Shown piece by piece: positions 61,452 through 64,000 of a stretch of 64,000 nucleotides of DNA. Under the pieces are notes generated by a model, which was not told the DNA's origin, did not search any database, and worked only from the letters and a program-made list of their open reading frames with translations. The translations under genes and the position numbers were made by a program. Numbering within the stretch: position 1 is the first letter of the stretch; the number at the start of each line of letters is the position of its first letter. Origin of the DNA: an uncultured delta proteobacterium (lineage in GTDB: Bacteria > Desulfobacterota > Binatia > DP-6); NCBI GenBank assembly GCA_963815115.1, contig CAWFFN010000007.1:384001-448000 (forward strand), in the 5' to 3' direction.

Positions 61452-63658
61452 TGAGCGGCCCCGTGACGGCGGACGTGGCCGCCGAGCAGGGCCTGACGAA
61501 GGACGAGTACGCGCGCATCGTCGGGCTGCTCGGACGGACGCCGACGTTCGAGGAGCTGGCGGTCTTCGGCGTCATGTGGTCGGAGCACTGCTCCTACAAG
61601 AGCTCGCGCGCGCTGCTCCGCCAGCTGCCCACCAAGGGCCCGCACGTGCTGCAGGGGCCGGGAGAGAACGCCGGGGCGGTCGACATCGGCGGCGGGCTGG
61701 CGGCCGTGTTCAAGATCGAGAGCCACAATCACCCGTCGTTCGTCGAGCCCTTCCAGGGTGCCGCCACCGGCGTGGGCGGCATCCTGCGCGACATCTTCAC
61801 CATGGGAGCACGTCCGGTCGCCATCCTCGACTCGCTGCGCTTCGGCGCCATCGACCATCCGCGCACGGCGTACCTCGTGCGCGGCGTCGTCGGGGGCATC
61901 GGGCATTACGGCAACTGCATCGGGGTGCCGACCGTCGGCGGCGAGGTGGTCTTCGATCCGGGCTACGAGCGCAACATCCTGGTGAACGCGTTCACCGTCG
62001 GGATCGCGCCCGCCGATCGCCTCTTCCGCGCCTCGGCGGCGGGCCCCGGCAACCCGGTGATCTACGTCGGCTCGCGCACCGGGCGCGACGGCATCCACGG
62101 CGCCAGCCTGCTGGCGTCGGCGGCGCTCGACGCCTCGGCCGGCGAGAAGCGACCGGCCGTCCAGGTGGGCGACCCGTTCGCGGAGAAGCTGCTCCTCGAA
62201 GCGTGCCTCGAGCTGATGCGCACGGATCACATCGTCGCCATCCAGGACATGGGCGCCGCCGGGCTCACCAGCAGCTCGCTGGAGATGGCCGGGCGGGGCG
62301 GCGCGGGCCTCGTCCTCGACCTCGACGCCGTGCCGCTGCGCGAGGAGGGCATCACGCCCTACGAGATCCTCCTCTCGGAGTCGCAGGAGCGGATGCTGCT
62401 GGTCGCCCGCGCCGGGAGCGAGGATGCCGTGCGCGCCATCTTCGCGCGCTGGGATCTGCAGGCCGCCGTGGTCGGGCGGGTCACGGACGACGGCGTCTTC
62501 CGGGTGCGCTGGCAGGGTCGCGAGGTGTGCGCGCTTCCGGTGGCGGCGCTGACCGACGCCGCGCCGGTCCTCCGCCGGCCCGCCGAGGAGCCGGCCCGGC
62601 TCGAGGAGATCCAGCGCCTCGACCCGGCGACGATCGCCGAGCCCGTCGACTACACGCACGCGCTGCTCACCCTGCTCGAGAGCCCGAACCTGTGCTCGCG
62701 CGAATGGGTGTACCGCCAGTACGACCAGTTCGTCGGCGGCCAGACGCTGGTGCGCCCGGGTGCCGATGCGGCGGTCGTGCGAGTGGAGGGGACGCGGCGG
62801 GCGCTGGCGCTCACCGTCGACTGCAACGGCCGCTACGGGCTGCTCGACCCCTACCTGGGCGCGGTGCTCGCGGTGGTCGAGGCGGCACGCAACTGCGTCG
62901 CCGTGGGCGCGCGGCCGCTCGCCATCAGCGACTGTCTCAACTACGGCAACCCCGAGCGGCCCGAGGTGATGTGGGAGTTCCAGCAGGGCATCGCCGGCAT
63001 CCGCGACGCCTGCGTGGCGCTCGGCACGCCCGTGGTGAGCGGCAACGTCAGCTTCTACAACGAGACCGACGGGCAGAACATTCCGCCCACCCCGGCGATC
63101 GCGATGGTGGGGTTGCTGGAAGACATCGAGACGCTGCTGACGCCCTGGTGGAAGGGAGAGGGCGACGTCATCGTGCTGCTCGGGCGCACGCGCGAGGAGC
63201 TCGGCGGCTCCGAGTATCTCGCCGTCATCCACGGCATGGTCCGCGGCGCGCCGCCCTGGATCGACCTCGACACCGAGAAGCGCCTGCACCGGACCGTGCT
63301 GGAAGCGGCGCACGAGCGCCTGCTGCGCTCGGCGAAGGACGTGGGGGAGGGCGGCCTCGCGGTGGCGCTGGCGGAATGCTGCTTCGGCGGCCAGCGGCTG
63401 GGTGCACGGGTCACGCTCGAGGGCGGCATCCGGCGCGACGCCCTGCTGTTCGGCGAGAGTCAGTCGCGCATGGTGATCTCCCTGCGCCGCCGCTACCTCG
63501 CGCAGCTGCGGGAGCTGGCGCGTCGCGACGACGTGCCGGTGCACGTGCTCGGCGAGGTGCGCGGCCACGGGCTCGTGATCGACGACCTGGTCGATCTATC
63601 CATCGAGTCGGCCCGCGAGCGCTGGCGCCGTGCGCTCGAGCGCCGCATCGGCGGCTGA
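61451..63658 (+). CDS. purL: FGAM synthase subunit PurL
   Basis: [37 protein letters not shown]. Confidence 0.96.
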   Translation: MSGPVTADVAAEQGLTKDEYARIVGLLGRTPTFEELAVFGVMWSEHCSYKSSRALLRQLPTKGPHVLQGPGENAGAVDIGGGLAAVFKIESHNHPSFVEPFQGAATGVGGILRDIFTMGARPVAILDSLRFGAIDHPRTAYLVRGVVGGIGHYGNCIGVPTVGGEVVFDPGYERNILVNAFTVGIAPADRLFRASAAGPGNPVIYVGSRTGRDGIHGASLLASAALDASAGEKRPAVQVGDPFAEKLLLEACLELMRTDHIVAIQDMGAAGLTSSSLEMAGRGGAGLVLDLDAVPLREEGITPYEILLSESQERMLLVARAGSEDAVRAIFARWDLQAAVVGRVTDDGVFRVRWQGREVCALPVAALTDAAPVLRRPAEEPARLEEIQRLDPATIAEPVDYTHALLTLLESPNLCSREWVYRQYDQFVGGQTLVRPGADAAVVRVEGTRRALALTVDCNGRYGLLDPYLGAVLAVVEAARNCVAVGARPLAISDCLNYGNPERPEVMWEFQQGIAGIRDACVALGTPVVSGNVSFYNETDGQNIPPTPAIAMVGLLEDIETLLTPWWKGEGDVIVLLGRTREELGGSEYLAVIHGMVRGAPPWIDLDTEKRLHRTVLEAAHERLLRSAKDVGEGGLAVALAECCFGGQRLGARVTLEGGIRRDALLFGESQSRMVISLRRRYLAQLRELARRDDVPVHVLGEVRGHGLVIDDLVDLSIESARERWRRALERRIGG

Positions 63659-63713
63659 GGACGGCGCCGTGTACTCCCCCGGCGGGCTCGGATACACTGC
63701 AGGCGCCGGACCC

Positions 63714-64000
63714 ATGGAGGACAAGTTCCACGAGGAGTGCGGCGTCGTCGGGGTCTATGGCCATCCCGAGGCCGCCACGCTCGCCTATCTCTCGCTCTAC
63801 GCCCTGCAGCACCGGGGCCAGGAGTCGGCGGGCATCGTCGCCTCGAACGGCGAGGTGCTCATCGCCCATCGCGGCATGGGCCTGGTGGCCGACATCTTCA
63901 CGCCGGACATCGTGGCCCGGCTCGAGGGCCGGCTCGCCATCGGGCACAACCGCTACTCCACCACCGGCTCGACGGTGCTCAAGAACTGCCAGCCCTTCGT
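63714..64000 (+). CDS. purF: Amidophosphoribosyltransferase, 3'-truncated by window edge
   Basis: [35 protein letters not shown]; promoter TGTACT-N17-TACACT upstream. Confidence 0.95.
   Translation, partial: MEDKFHEECGVVGVYGHPEAATLAYLSLYALQHRGQESAGIVASNGEVLIAHRGMGLVADIFTPDIVARLEGRLAIGHNRYSTTGSTVLKNCQPF

Noticed and set aside
1-64000. CRISPR arrays, tRNA/rRNA genes, IS elements, prophage
   Set aside because: Intergenic gaps are mostly under 200 nt with no spaced direct repeats, cloverleaf motifs, transposase or integrase ORFs seen by eye

Overview
High-GC (visually about 70%), gene-dense bacterial chromosome segment from a diderm (lpxD, lptE). Gene order resembles deltaproteobacteria, possibly Ca. 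Binatia (inference only). 1-18.6 kb is an accessory cell-surface glycan locus: GT2/GT4 glycosyltransferases, a nucleotide-sugar dehydrogenase and an epimerase, two alkaline-phosphatase-superfamily enzymes, a COG0523 GTPase, pdxA2/DUF1537 kinase/cyclase and a secreted lyase-like protein. 19-25 kb is an A1-type cytochrome c oxidase operon. 25-64 kb is housekeeping: hisG, lpxD, yceD-rpmF-fabDG-acpP-glyA-nrdR-ribD-ribBA-ribH-nusB-leuS-lptE-holA, rpsT, mazG, purN, comF, greA, galT, rimP-nusA-infB-rbfA-truB-rpsO-pnp, dut, purBCSQLF. The best lead is a 43-aa microprotein absent from the ORF track (2662-2793). It consists essentially of the C-terminal 'Y-x-E-x-E..RLxxLGY' tail that also ends both neighbouring phosphatase/sulfatase-like enzymes. 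Other leads: many predicted leaderless promoters lacking T(-7), probable CTG starts in CTGA overlaps, a degenerate RibB domain, and fab/rib operons missing usual members. Four frameshifts (including leuS and cox subunit I) are probably sequencing errors. No rRNA, tRNA, CRISPR array or mobile element was seen.
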